The notes under the pieces are model-generated. The model had not been told where the DNA came from, ran no database searches, and worked only from the letters and a program-made list of their open reading frames with translations. Positions 52,503-61,400 of a stretch of 64,000 nt of DNA are shown piece after piece. Position 1 is the first letter of the stretch. Every line of letters begins with the position of its first letter. Made by a program: the position numbers and the translations under genes. This DNA comes from Candidatus Omnitrophota bacterium (GTDB lineage: Bacteria; Omnitrophota; Gorgyraeia; JABMRG01; JAFGKX01): contig JAZDPX010000032.1 in assembly GCA_043797125.1 (NCBI GenBank), positions 10,425 to 74,424 on the forward strand, read 5' to 3'.

Positions 52503-53654
52503 ATGAACAAAAATAGAGGGGGCATATATATAACCCAATCACAAGGTTATAAGGCTTTTATCCCAACAAAACTTCCGCCAAAACCGCCGCTTAATATCGA
52601 TAATACAATTATAGAGTTGTTATCAAAGGCAGATATAGCTATCGGCCGCCTTTCGGGTATATCTGAAACACTGCCTAATCCTGACTTATTTGTCGCCATG
52701 TACGTAAGGAAGGAAGCTGTTTTGAGTTCTCAGATAGAAGGAACAGAAGCGTCCTTAGAAGATTTATTAGAGTATGAATCCGGAAATGGGGTAAAAAAAT
52801 TGCCAAATGATATAACAGAAGTTGTCAATTATATTAAGGCAATGAACTATGGATTAAAACGCATAAATGAGCTGCCTCTCTCTCTTAGATTAATCAAGGA
52901 AATCCATTTTGAATTAATGGAAGGTGTTAGGGGCGGTGATAAGACTCCGGGCGAGTTTAGAAAAACACAAAATTGGATAGGCCCAAAAGGATGCGTTTTA
53001 AACAATGCGAGGTTTGTGCCTCCTCCGCCGCATGAAATGATTCAGGCCTTGAGCGATTTAGAAAAATATATGCATTCCGAGTTAAATTATCCGCTGCTGA
53101 TAGAATGCGGGCTTATCCACACTCAATTTGAAACTATACACCCGTTTTTAGATGGTAACGGCCGCATAGGAAGATTGCTTATCGCATTTTTTTTATGCCA
53201 TAAAGGAATATTGAAAAAACCATTGCTCTATTTGAGTCATTATTTCAAACAAAACCGCCTTGAATATTACGATAGGCTTATGAATGTAAGGGAAAAAGGA
53301 GATTTTGAATCCTGGATAGAATTTTTTCTGGAAGGCGTTAAAGAAACAGCCCAAGAGGCCTGTGAAGCATCTTATAAAATATTGAAGTTAAAAGATGCTG
53401 ACAGAAGAAAAATCAGTGAAATTTATAAAGAATCCTCAAAAACAGCGTTACTGCATGAAAAGTTATTTGACAGGCCTGTTATTTCAATAAAAGATATAGC
53501 TGCTATTATAAATACCACTTTCCCAACAGCAAATTCCATTTGCAGCAAACTTATTAAATTGGGTATATTAAAAGAGGTAACAGGCAAAGAAAGAAATAAA
53601 TTGTTTACTTATAAAAGCTATTTGGATATTCTTAAACAAGAAGCTAATGTTTAA
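52503..53654 (+). CDS. Fic family protein with C-terminal HTH
   Basis: HPFLDGNGRIGR catalytic motif; SSQIEG inhibitory motif. Confidence 0.93.
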   Translation: MNKNRGGIYITQSQGYKAFIPTKLPPKPPLNIDNTIIELLSKADIAIGRLSGISETLPNPDLFVAMYVRKEAVLSSQIEGTEASLEDLLEYESGNGVKKLPNDITEVVNYIKAMNYGLKRINELPLSLRLIKEIHFELMEGVRGGDKTPGEFRKTQNWIGPKGCVLNNARFVPPPPHEMIQALSDLEKYMHSELNYPLLIECGLIHTQFETIHPFLDGNGRIGRLLIAFFLCHKGILKKPLLYLSHYFKQNRLEYYDRLMNVREKGDFESWIEFFLEGVKETAQEACEASYKILKLKDADRRKISEIYKESSKTALLHEKLFDRPVISIKDIAAIINTTFPTANSICSKLIKLGILKEVTGKERNKLFTYKSYLDILKQEANV

Positions 53655-53688
53655 ATGTTACGATTACAGCTACTAAGAAGCAGGCCTC

Positions 53689-53717
53689 TTGACAAACCCA
53701 AAATCGTGTGGTATAGT
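53689..53717 (+). promoter_or_regulatory. Sigma-70 promoter for the sigma-factor leader
   Basis: TTGACA-N17-TATAGT with extended -10 TG. Confidence 0.75.
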
Positions 53718-53755
53718 TATGTTGTAACAAGGCGCGATGTTGGCGCTTAAATTTT

Positions 53756-53838
53756 AACAAAGGCGTTCGAAAGAACGCCTTATTTTTTAGGACAAAGGTG
53801 TTCTTATGCCTGAAGAAAGGCATGGGAACACCTTTTTT
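53756..53838 (+). promoter_or_regulatory. ANTAR-type dual hexaloop hairpins overlapping intrinsic terminators
   Basis: AAC-AAAGGC-GTT and AGGAC-AAAGGT-GTTCT (loop A1/G4), each overlapping a terminator-like hairpin plus U tract. Confidence 0.7.
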
Positions 53839-53847
53839 ATTGATAGG

Positions 53848-54228
53848 GGCCTCGTGGTCCTGTTCTATCTTTGGTTCGGTTTTTGCAATGCTTGGTGCTG
53901 AAATCTTAAGCAATCTTTTGTGTGGTTGCCTTCGCTTGCCGCTCGCAAAAAGGATTTTTCGCCTTCGGCGAAAGGCACTTTTTGCTCGCTGTGGCAAAAA
54001 TTGCTCACTTCTCGCCGGGTTTTCGCAATTTTTGACAGTCGCTCCGGCAACACACACAAAAGCTTTTGCAAATGTATCTCACCTTGCAAAAACCTCACCG
54101 ACACTAAAAGTCAGGCCGAGGGGTTATTTTAGGCAAAGTTAGCGGCGGGTGTCTGGCCGAGCCGAAGCCCTCACCGCCCGCAACGAAAGTGAGGACGGTG
54201 AGGTGGCTCGGCCAGACAGGCCCCGCCA
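53848..54228. repeat. Long multibranched fold-back element plus a GC-rich hairpin
   Basis: ggtttttgcaa/ttgcaaaaacc, ttttgtgtggttgcc/ggcaacacacacaaaa and tgtctggccgagcc/ggctcggccagaca pairings. Confidence 0.65.
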
Positions 54229-54264
54229 CTCTATAAGCTTAAAGGTAAATCCGCAGAGGTAAAG

Positions 54265-54783
54265 ATGGATTTTAAGATTTTACTGGAGAAAATAACGCCT
54301 GCGCTAAAGGCCATTGCCAGAAAGAGGCTGCTTTACAGTTTCTACAGCGAAGAGGACCTTTATCAGGAGATGTGCCTTTTTCTGTGGAGCAGGTATAAAG
54401 ATGGTATGCCTATCGGTTTTAATGAGTCGTATATAATTAAGGCATGCGAATTTCATATGTTGAATTTCTTAAGAAAAGGCAGGCCAAAGGTAATGTTGAT
54501 GAGCTTGGATGAGCCTATTACGTCAGAAGGGCTCAGGCTTGAGGATATTTTAGAAGACAAAAAAGATACCTTTTCTGAAAGCGCAGATAGAAACATAAGC
54601 ATAGATGATATTAAAAACATAGGCCTTACGCCTAAAGAAAATAATGTATTCTCGCTTTTGCTTAAAGGTTACACAGTAAGGGAAGCGGCGCAAGAACTGG
54701 GCATCTCCCATGTCATGGTGCTTAAATATAAGAAGAATATAATAAGGAAGTGGGTTACCAAGAGTAAGAAAAATTTACTTTAG
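54265..54783 (+). CDS. Small alternative sigma-70 factor (regions 2 and 4; SigH/ECF-like)
   Basis: 'EDLYQE', 'SLDEP' and 'LTPKE..VF.L...GYTVREAAQELGIS' motifs. Confidence 0.8.
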   Translation: MDFKILLEKITPALKAIARKRLLYSFYSEEDLYQEMCLFLWSRYKDGMPIGFNESYIIKACEFHMLNFLRKGRPKVMLMSLDEPITSEGLRLEDILEDKKDTFSESADRNISIDDIKNIGLTPKENNVFSLLLKGYTVREAAQELGISHVMVLKYKKNIIRKWVTKSKKNLL

Positions 54784-54789
54784 TATATG
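54753..54789 (+). promoter_or_regulatory. Putative alternative-sigma promoter upstream of amtB
   Basis: GGTTACCA-N8-AAAAATTTACTT-N3-TATATG, repeated at 56583-56619. Confidence 0.6.
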
Positions 54790-54819
54790 TCAATGTCCAC
54801 TTTTAACATAGGAGATAAT

Positions 54820-56049
54820 ATGATAAACGCTGGCGATACTGCATGGGTGCTTGTTTCAACGGCGTTTGTTTTGCTGATGACGCCGGGCCTCGCATTTTTT
54901 TACGGGGGCATGGTTAGGAAGAAGAATATATTAAGCGTATTGATGCAATGCTACATAATTATCTGTGCCTTAAGCATTCAATGGGTCCTGTTTGGGTATA
55001 GCCTTTCTTTTGCTCCAGGAGGAATTTTCTGGGGAGGATTAAAATGGTTTGGTTTAAACGGCGTAGGCATGGAACCTTACGCAAATTACGCCCCTACAAT
55101 TCCGCATCAGGCGTTTATGATTTTTCAGGGAATGTTCGCTGTAATTACCCCGGCTTTAATAATAGGAGCTTTTGCCGAAAGAATGAAGTTCTCCGCTTTT
55201 CTGGTGTTTAGCCTGCTTTGGGCAACGTTTGTGTATGATCCGTTAATTCATTGGGTGTGGGGCGACGGAGGATGGCTTAAACAGCTCGGGGTTCTTGATT
55301 TTGCCGGAGGCATAGTAGTGCATACGAGCGCCGGCATAGCGGCCTTAGTAGCTGCTATAATAATAGGCAAAAGAAAAAATCTCGATACCAATACGCCGAC
55401 TCCTCATAACCTTCCATTTGTAGTATTAGGCACAGGCCTTTTATGGTTTGGCTGGTTTGGATTCAACGCCGGCAGCGCTTTGGCAGCAAATGGTTTGGCA
55501 GTAAATGCTTTTGTTGCGACAAATACAGCTGCAGCAAGCGCTGGTTTAATTTGGGCATTGCTTGAATGGATACGAAACGGCAAGCCTACAGTGTTTGGTG
55601 TTATAACCGGTTCAGTTGCCGGCCTTGCTACGGTTACGCCAGCCTCGGGATTTATCAATGCGTCATCGGCCTTAGTCATAGGCGTATTAGCCAGCATACT
55701 TTGTTATATAGGAGTGGCGGTTATTAAACCTAAATATGGTTATGATGATTCATTGGATGTGTTTGGCGTTCATGGCTTAGGAGGTATATTGGGCACATTA
55801 GCGGTAGGTTTATTTGCTTCCAAGGCTATTAATGCTGCCGGTAATAACGGCCTGTTTTACGGCAACCCAAAACAATTGGTAATTCAGTTAGTCGGTGTTT
55901 TGGTTGCCGGTGTTTATGTATTTATAGTTACATTTATTATATATAAATTTGTAGATATATTCTTCAGAATGCGCGTAAGCGAAAAAGAAGAGCTTATGGG
56001 CCTTGACTTAACCCAGCATCGCGAAAGGGCGTATACGGTATTAGAATAA
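54820..56049 (+). CDS. amtB: Ammonium transporter
   Basis: GDTAW, MTPGLAFFYGG, DFAGG.VVH, WFGWFGFN and DDSLDVFGVHG motifs; RBS AGGAG. Confidence 0.97.
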   Translation: MINAGDTAWVLVSTAFVLLMTPGLAFFYGGMVRKKNILSVLMQCYIIICALSIQWVLFGYSLSFAPGGIFWGGLKWFGLNGVGMEPYANYAPTIPHQAFMIFQGMFAVITPALIIGAFAERMKFSAFLVFSLLWATFVYDPLIHWVWGDGGWLKQLGVLDFAGGIVVHTSAGIAALVAAIIIGKRKNLDTNTPTPHNLPFVVLGTGLLWFGWFGFNAGSALAANGLAVNAFVATNTAAASAGLIWALLEWIRNGKPTVFGVITGSVAGLATVTPASGFINASSALVIGVLASILCYIGVAVIKPKYGYDDSLDVFGVHGLGGILGTLAVGLFASKAINAAGNNGLFYGNPKQLVIQLVGVLVAGVYVFIVTFIIYKFVDIFFRMRVSEKEELMGLDLTQHRERAYTVLE

Positions 56050-56061
56050 GGAGAGGTTATT

Positions 56062-56403
56062 ATGAAACTTATAATCGCAATAATTCAGCCATATAAATTA
56101 GAAGAGGTTAAAGAACAGCTATATAAAGAGGAAGTCAATCTTATAACCGTAAGCGAAGTTTTAGGCCATGGCCGCCAAAAAGGCGTAACAGAGGTTTACC
56201 GAGGGCACAAAGAAACAGGCAACCTCTTAAGAAAGGTGAGGATTGAGATAGCTGTAAATGAAAATTATGTGGAGCGCACCATAAACGCGATTATAAAAGG
56301 CGCAAAAACAGGCGAAACAGGAGACGGTAAGATCTTTGTCTTGGATTTGCCGGAGTGCATACGTATCCGCACCGGGGAGCGCGGTGGGGTAGCGATAGGT
56401 TAA
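56062..56403 (+). CDS. glnK: PII nitrogen regulator
   Basis: GRQKG..EVYRG, TG..GDGKIF and RIRTGE motifs; directly follows amtB. Confidence 0.93.
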   Translation: MKLIIAIIQPYKLEEVKEQLYKEEVNLITVSEVLGHGRQKGVTEVYRGHKETGNLLRKVRIEIAVNENYVERTINAIIKGAKTGETGDGKIFVLDLPECIRIRTGERGGVAIG

Positions 56404-56425
56404 GCGTTAATGACAGGCGAGAGTT

Positions 56426-56543
56426 AGAATATCAGATTATAAGAGTATCAGAACGAGATTATCAGAGAATCAGAGTATCAGATAAATCTGGTGATCTTAT
56501 GTTCTGATATTCTCGCTCTGATAATCTGGTCTTCTGATAATCT
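56426..56543. repeat. Octamer (NNTATCAG) array followed by an inverted CTGATA array
   Basis: aatatcag attataag agtatcag ... ctgatatt ... ctgataat ctggtctt ctgataat. Confidence 0.8.
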
Positions 56544-56582
56544 TTCTCCAGCCTTGACAACTAAAAGAAAATTTTGCAGCAC

Positions 56583-56720
56583 GGTTACCAAAACCAGCAA
56601 AAATTTACTTGTATATATGGATAGCAGCAGTATGCACGGCATTGCGCAAGGATTGTGCAAAAACTCACTTAAAACAAGGGCGTTTTAAAGCAATATAATC
56701 TTTAAAACGCCTTAATTTTT
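56583..56720 (+). promoter_or_regulatory. glnA leader: alternative-sigma motif plus ANTAR-type hairpin/terminator
   Basis: GGTTACCA...TTTACTT; TTAAAAC-AAGGGC-GTTTTAA overlapping the terminator ggcgttttaaag/ctttaaaacgcc plus T tract. Confidence 0.65.
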
Positions 56721-56758
56721 AACAAGCCTACCATGCGGTAAGGCACAAGGAGGAAAAA

Positions 56759-58129
56759 ATGGCAAAGGTAAAAATAAGCGCAAAAACAAGCAGCGGTCCA
56801 GGTAAAAACACCAAAGAGGACATTTTGCGGCTTGCAAAAGAGAAGGATGTAAAATTCATCAGGTTATGGTTTACTGATGTAATAGGCCAGGTTAAGAGTT
56901 TCGCTATTACGGATAAAGAATTAGCAGGGGCATTGGAAAATGGCATGGGCTTTGACGGCTCTTCAATTACAGGATACCAGGATATAGAAGAGTCGGATAT
57001 GATTGCAATGCCTGATCCAACCACATTTACGATACTTCCGTGGAGGCCCGGTGAAAAGGCAGTTGCCAGAATGATATGTAATATATTAAATCCGGATAGA
57101 ACGCCCTATGAAGGCGACCCGAGGTACGTATTAAAAAAGGCTCTTGAGCGCGCCAAAAAAATGGGGTTTGACCATTTTTATTTAGGGCCTGAGCTTGAAT
57201 ATTTTTATTTTAAAAATGATCAGGGAACTGAAATTTTGGACAAAGGCGGTTATTTCGACCTCACCACCCTTGATGTCGCAAGCGATTTAAGAAGAGAGAC
57301 TGTGCTGGCTTTGGAAAAAATGGGCATACAAGTTGAGTATTCTCATCATGAGGTCGCTCCGTCCCAGCATGAAGTAGATATGCGATACAAAGACGCTTTA
57401 CAAATGGCGGATTCTGTAATTACTTACAGGGTTGCTGTGAAGGAAATAGCAAGCAAATTTGGGGTATATGCTACGTTTATGCCTAAGCCGTTATTTGGTC
57501 AAAACGGATCAGGCATGCATACTCACCAGTCGCTGTTTAAGGGTGATAAAAATATGTTTTTTGACCCAAAGACAAAGGATTTTCTTTCGGAAACAGCTTA
57601 TAGTTATATTGCCGGGCTTTTAAAACACGCGAAGGAAATATGCTCCATATTTGCGCAGACAACAAACTCTTATAAAAGATTGGTTCCGGGTTACGAAGCT
57701 CCGGTTTATATAGCGTGGAGCCGCAGAAACAGAAGCGCCCTTGTAAGGGTGCCGCTATATTATCCGGGCAAAGAGCTTGCAACGCGCTGCGAATTCAGGG
57801 CATGCGATCCGGCTTGCAATCCATATCTGACATTTGCAGCTATGCTGCACGCAGGCTTGGAAGGTATAGAAAAAGGTTATAGAGCTCCTGCGCCTATGGA
57901 TCAAAACCTTTACCATCTTACAGATACGGAGAGAAGGAAAAAAGGCATAGAAATTCTACCGGACAGCCTTGGGCAGGCAATAGCAATAACAGAGGAGAGC
58001 GCACTTGTTAAAAAGATACTTGGCGATCACATCTTTCCGAGATTCATCGAGCTTAAGAAAAAAGAATGGGATGATTACAGGATACAGGTTACTCAATATG
58101 AACTTGATAAGTATCTTTCTGTAATGTAA
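56759..58129 (+). CDS. glnA: Glutamine synthetase type I
   Basis: FDGSSI, GPELEYF, HHEVAPSQHE, FMPKP..NGSGMH and RLVPGYEAP motifs. Confidence 0.97.
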   Translation: MAKVKISAKTSSGPGKNTKEDILRLAKEKDVKFIRLWFTDVIGQVKSFAITDKELAGALENGMGFDGSSITGYQDIEESDMIAMPDPTTFTILPWRPGEKAVARMICNILNPDRTPYEGDPRYVLKKALERAKKMGFDHFYLGPELEYFYFKNDQGTEILDKGGYFDLTTLDVASDLRRETVLALEKMGIQVEYSHHEVAPSQHEVDMRYKDALQMADSVITYRVAVKEIASKFGVYATFMPKPLFGQNGSGMHTHQSLFKGDKNMFFDPKTKDFLSETAYSYIAGLLKHAKEICSIFAQTTNSYKRLVPGYEAPVYIAWSRRNRSALVRVPLYYPGKELATRCEFRACDPACNPYLTFAAMLHAGLEGIEKGYRAPAPMDQNLYHLTDTERRKKGIEILPDSLGQAIAITEESALVKKILGDHIFPRFIELKKKEWDDYRIQVTQYELDKYLSVM

Positions 58130-58137
58130 CTCCGGGA

Positions 58138-58178
58138 AAAATACCCCTTACTGCCCTTTGGGCAGAAGGGGGTATTTT
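58138..58178 (+). terminator. Hairpin after glnA (terminator or RNA-stability element)
   Basis: aaaatacccctt..ctgccc ttt gggcag aagggggtatttt. Confidence 0.55.
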
Positions 58179-58229
58179 GTGAATGCGGATGCACAAAAAA
58201 TAGGCAATTGTTTTAAGAGGCATTGCGAT

Positions 58230-58460
58230 ATGAACAGCGGCAACGATATAGATAAAATAGATGAGTTCTTTTTTACGGCAGAAAAAGGCGCAATCTATAA
58301 CTGCGTCATAGCCCATTTTGAGAAGATACTTATAGAAAAGGCGCTGGAAGAAACTTACGGCAGGCAGGTTCTTGCGGCAAAACTGTTGGGATTAAACCGC
58401 AATACCCTGCGCAAGAAGATTAAGGACCTGCATATTGATACGCAGGTATTCAGGCAATGA
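58230..58460 (+). CDS. Stand-alone Fis-type HTH protein
   Basis: EKxLIxxALxxTxGxQxxAAKLLGLNRNTLRKK; start uncertain; ATGA-coupled to gltB. Confidence 0.75.
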   Translation: MNSGNDIDKIDEFFFTAEKGAIYNCVIAHFEKILIEKALEETYGRQVLAAKLLGLNRNTLRKKIKDLHIDTQVFRQ

Positions 58461-61400
58461 AATATATTGGTTTGCCTAAAGCACAGGGTTTATACGACCC
58501 GCAGTTTGAGCACGATAGCTGCGGAGTCGGATTCGTGTGCAATATTACCGGCGAAAAATCCAATGATATTGTGAAAAAAGGCATCGAGGTTTTAGAACGC
58601 CTTAGCCATCGAGGCGCAGTGGGCTCTGATCCTAAGACAGGAGACGGAGCAGGCCTTCTTATTCAAATGCCGCATACGTTTTTATCAAGGCAATGCGAAG
58701 AAAGGGGTTTTTCTTTGCCCGGAGCCGGTGAATACGGCGCAGGCCTTGTTTTTCTTCCTCCGGATGAGAATGAACGCAATTTCTGCATGGATATTTTTAA
58801 AAAAATTATTAGCGAAGAGGGCCAGACCCTGCTTGGTTTTAGAGATGTTCCAATAGATGATTCTGTAATCGGCAAAAAAGCTAGGGACACCAGGCCTTTT
58901 ATAAGGCAAATTTTTATCGGCAAGGGGAAAAACATTGAAAGCCAGCTTCATCTTGAGAGAAGGCTCTACGTAATACGAAAATGCGTAGAACGCGCCGTAA
59001 AAAAGTCAACCTTGCAGCAAAAATCTTTTTTCTATATTACAAATCTTTCTTCAAGAACCTTAAGCTATAAAGGCCTTTTAATGCCCGAGCAGCTTGATAA
59101 GTTTTTTATGGATCTTCAGGACAGCTCAATGCAAAGCGCTATATGCATGATACATTCACGCTATAGCACAAACACATTTCCCACATGGGATTTGGCGCAG
59201 CCGTTTAGATTTCTTGCGCACAATGGCGAAATAAACACCTTAAGAGGAAACATAAACTGGATACGCGCAAGAGAAAGGCTTTTAGCAAGCGAGCTTTTCG
59301 GCGCGGACATCGAAAAGATAAAACCTGTAATTGTTGAAGGCGGCAGCGATTCAGCTGCTATTGATAATGTTTTTGAACTTCTAGTGCTTTCAGGACGGAC
59401 GCTTGAGCATTCCATGATGACGCTTATACCGCCTGCATGGGAAAAGGACTCATTTCTAAACAGGCAGTTACGTGAATTTTATAAATATCATGCCTGCATT
59501 ATGGAGCCATGGGACGGGCCTGCGGCAATTGCTTTTACAGACGGAGAAGGCATAGGGGCAGTGCTGGATAGGAACGGCCTGCGTCCTGCGCGCTATATTA
59601 TAACAAAAAACGATTTTGTAGTGATGGCCTCCGAAGTAGGTGTATTGGATATAGCGGCGCAAGATATCAAACATTCAGGAAGGTTGCAGCCGGGAAAGAT
59701 GTTTTTTATTGATACAAAGCAAAAGAGCATAATCGGTGATGATACAATAAAAAAAGAGGCTGCAAAGCTGCATCCTTATGAAATATGGAACAAAGAAAAT
59801 ATGGTAGATTTGGATACGCTTACATGGTCGGGTTTACCTATAAAAAAATCAGCCGATCTTATCTCTGACTTGAAGGCATTCGGGTATACGCGCGAAGACC
59901 TTAAGATGATTATTGCCCCGATGGCAGAAGAAGGTAAAGAGCCCATTGGTTCTATGGGCAATGACACGCCGCATGCCTTTCTTTCGGCACAGCCTCAACT
60001 GCTTTATAGCTATTTTAAACAGCTTTTTGCGCAGGTTACAAATCCGCCCATAGACCATATAAGAGAGGCGCTTGTCATGAGTATGGAAAGTTTTGTGGGC
60101 CCGGAGAAAAACATGCTTGATGAAACGCCGAGGCACAGCCATAAACTATATGTAAGACAGCCGATACTTACAAGCGAGGAGCTTGATAAAATACGCAATA
60201 TTAATGTCAACGGTTTTAAAACCAAGACCATATACACATTTTTTAGTTCAGAAAGCGAGAAAGATTTCGAATGCGCTTTGGAGAGGGTGTGTTTTGAGGC
60301 TGAATACGCGATAGAGACAGGCCACGCGTTTGTTATTTTAAGTGACCGCGGCTGCGATAAAGATAATATCGCGCTGCCGTCGCTTTTAGCTGTAAGCGCC
60401 GTGCACCAGCACCTGGTGAGAAAAAATATACGCTCCGAAGTCGGCTTAATAATAGAGAGCGCGGAACCAAGAGAAGTGCATCATTTTGCATTGCTTTTTG
60501 GATACGGCGCAGACTGCATAAACCCTTACCTTGCATATGAGGCTGTCGAACACCTTTCTAAAGAGGGAAAGGTTGCGGTTGATTGCCAGCAGGCTTTAAA
60601 AAATTACAGAAAGGCTGTTATAGACGGGATATTAAAGATACTTTCTAAAATTGGGATTTCAACTCTGCGAAGTTACCGCGGAGCCCAGATATTCGAGGCC
60701 TTAGGCATAAACCCGGATGTCATCGACAAATATTTTTCAGGCACTGTATGCAGGATAGGCGGCGCAGGCCTAAAGGAGATTGCGCAGGAATATATAAGAA
60801 GGCATAAAGAGGTTTACATGGAAAGAAAAATCCCCCAGCCGCCTCTTGCAACGGGCGGGGTATATCAATGGAAAAAAGACGGGGAATTTCATCTATGGAA
60901 CCCTGAGTCCATAGCAGCCTTGCAGGATGCCGCAAGAAGAGCGGATTATAAAAGATATAAAGAGTTTGCAGGGTTTGTCAATAACCAGAAAGGCAATCCC
61001 ACAACCTTAAGGGGGCTGCTCGAGTTTAAAAAAGCAAACCCTATTTCAATTGATAATGTGGAGCCCGCTGAAAAAATAATCAGGCGCTTTGTAACAGGCG
61101 CGATGAGTTTTGGTTCTATAAGCAAGGCGGCACACGAAACCTTGGCCATCGCAATGAACAGGCTTGGCGCGAAATCCAATACAGGAGAAGGCGGAGAAGA
61201 CCCCAGCAGGTTTACACTATTGCCTAACGGCGATTCCGCCAAAAGCGCGATAAAGCAGGTAGCCTCGGGCCGCTTTGGCGTTACAACCAACTATCTTGTC
61301 AATGCCGACGAGATACAGATAAAAATAGCGCAAGGCGCTAAACCCGGCGAAGGCGGGCAGCTCCCAGGGCATAAGGTAAGCCAGATAATCGCAAGGACCC

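Noticed and set aside
53644-54142. Four overlapping ORFs between fic and the sigma gene
   Set aside because: No protein motifs; the region is explained by a promoter, terminators and fold-back structure.
54142-54228. GC-rich hairpin as SRP RNA, tRNA or another housekeeping ncRNA
   Set aside because: No SRP loop, cloverleaf or other recognisable consensus.
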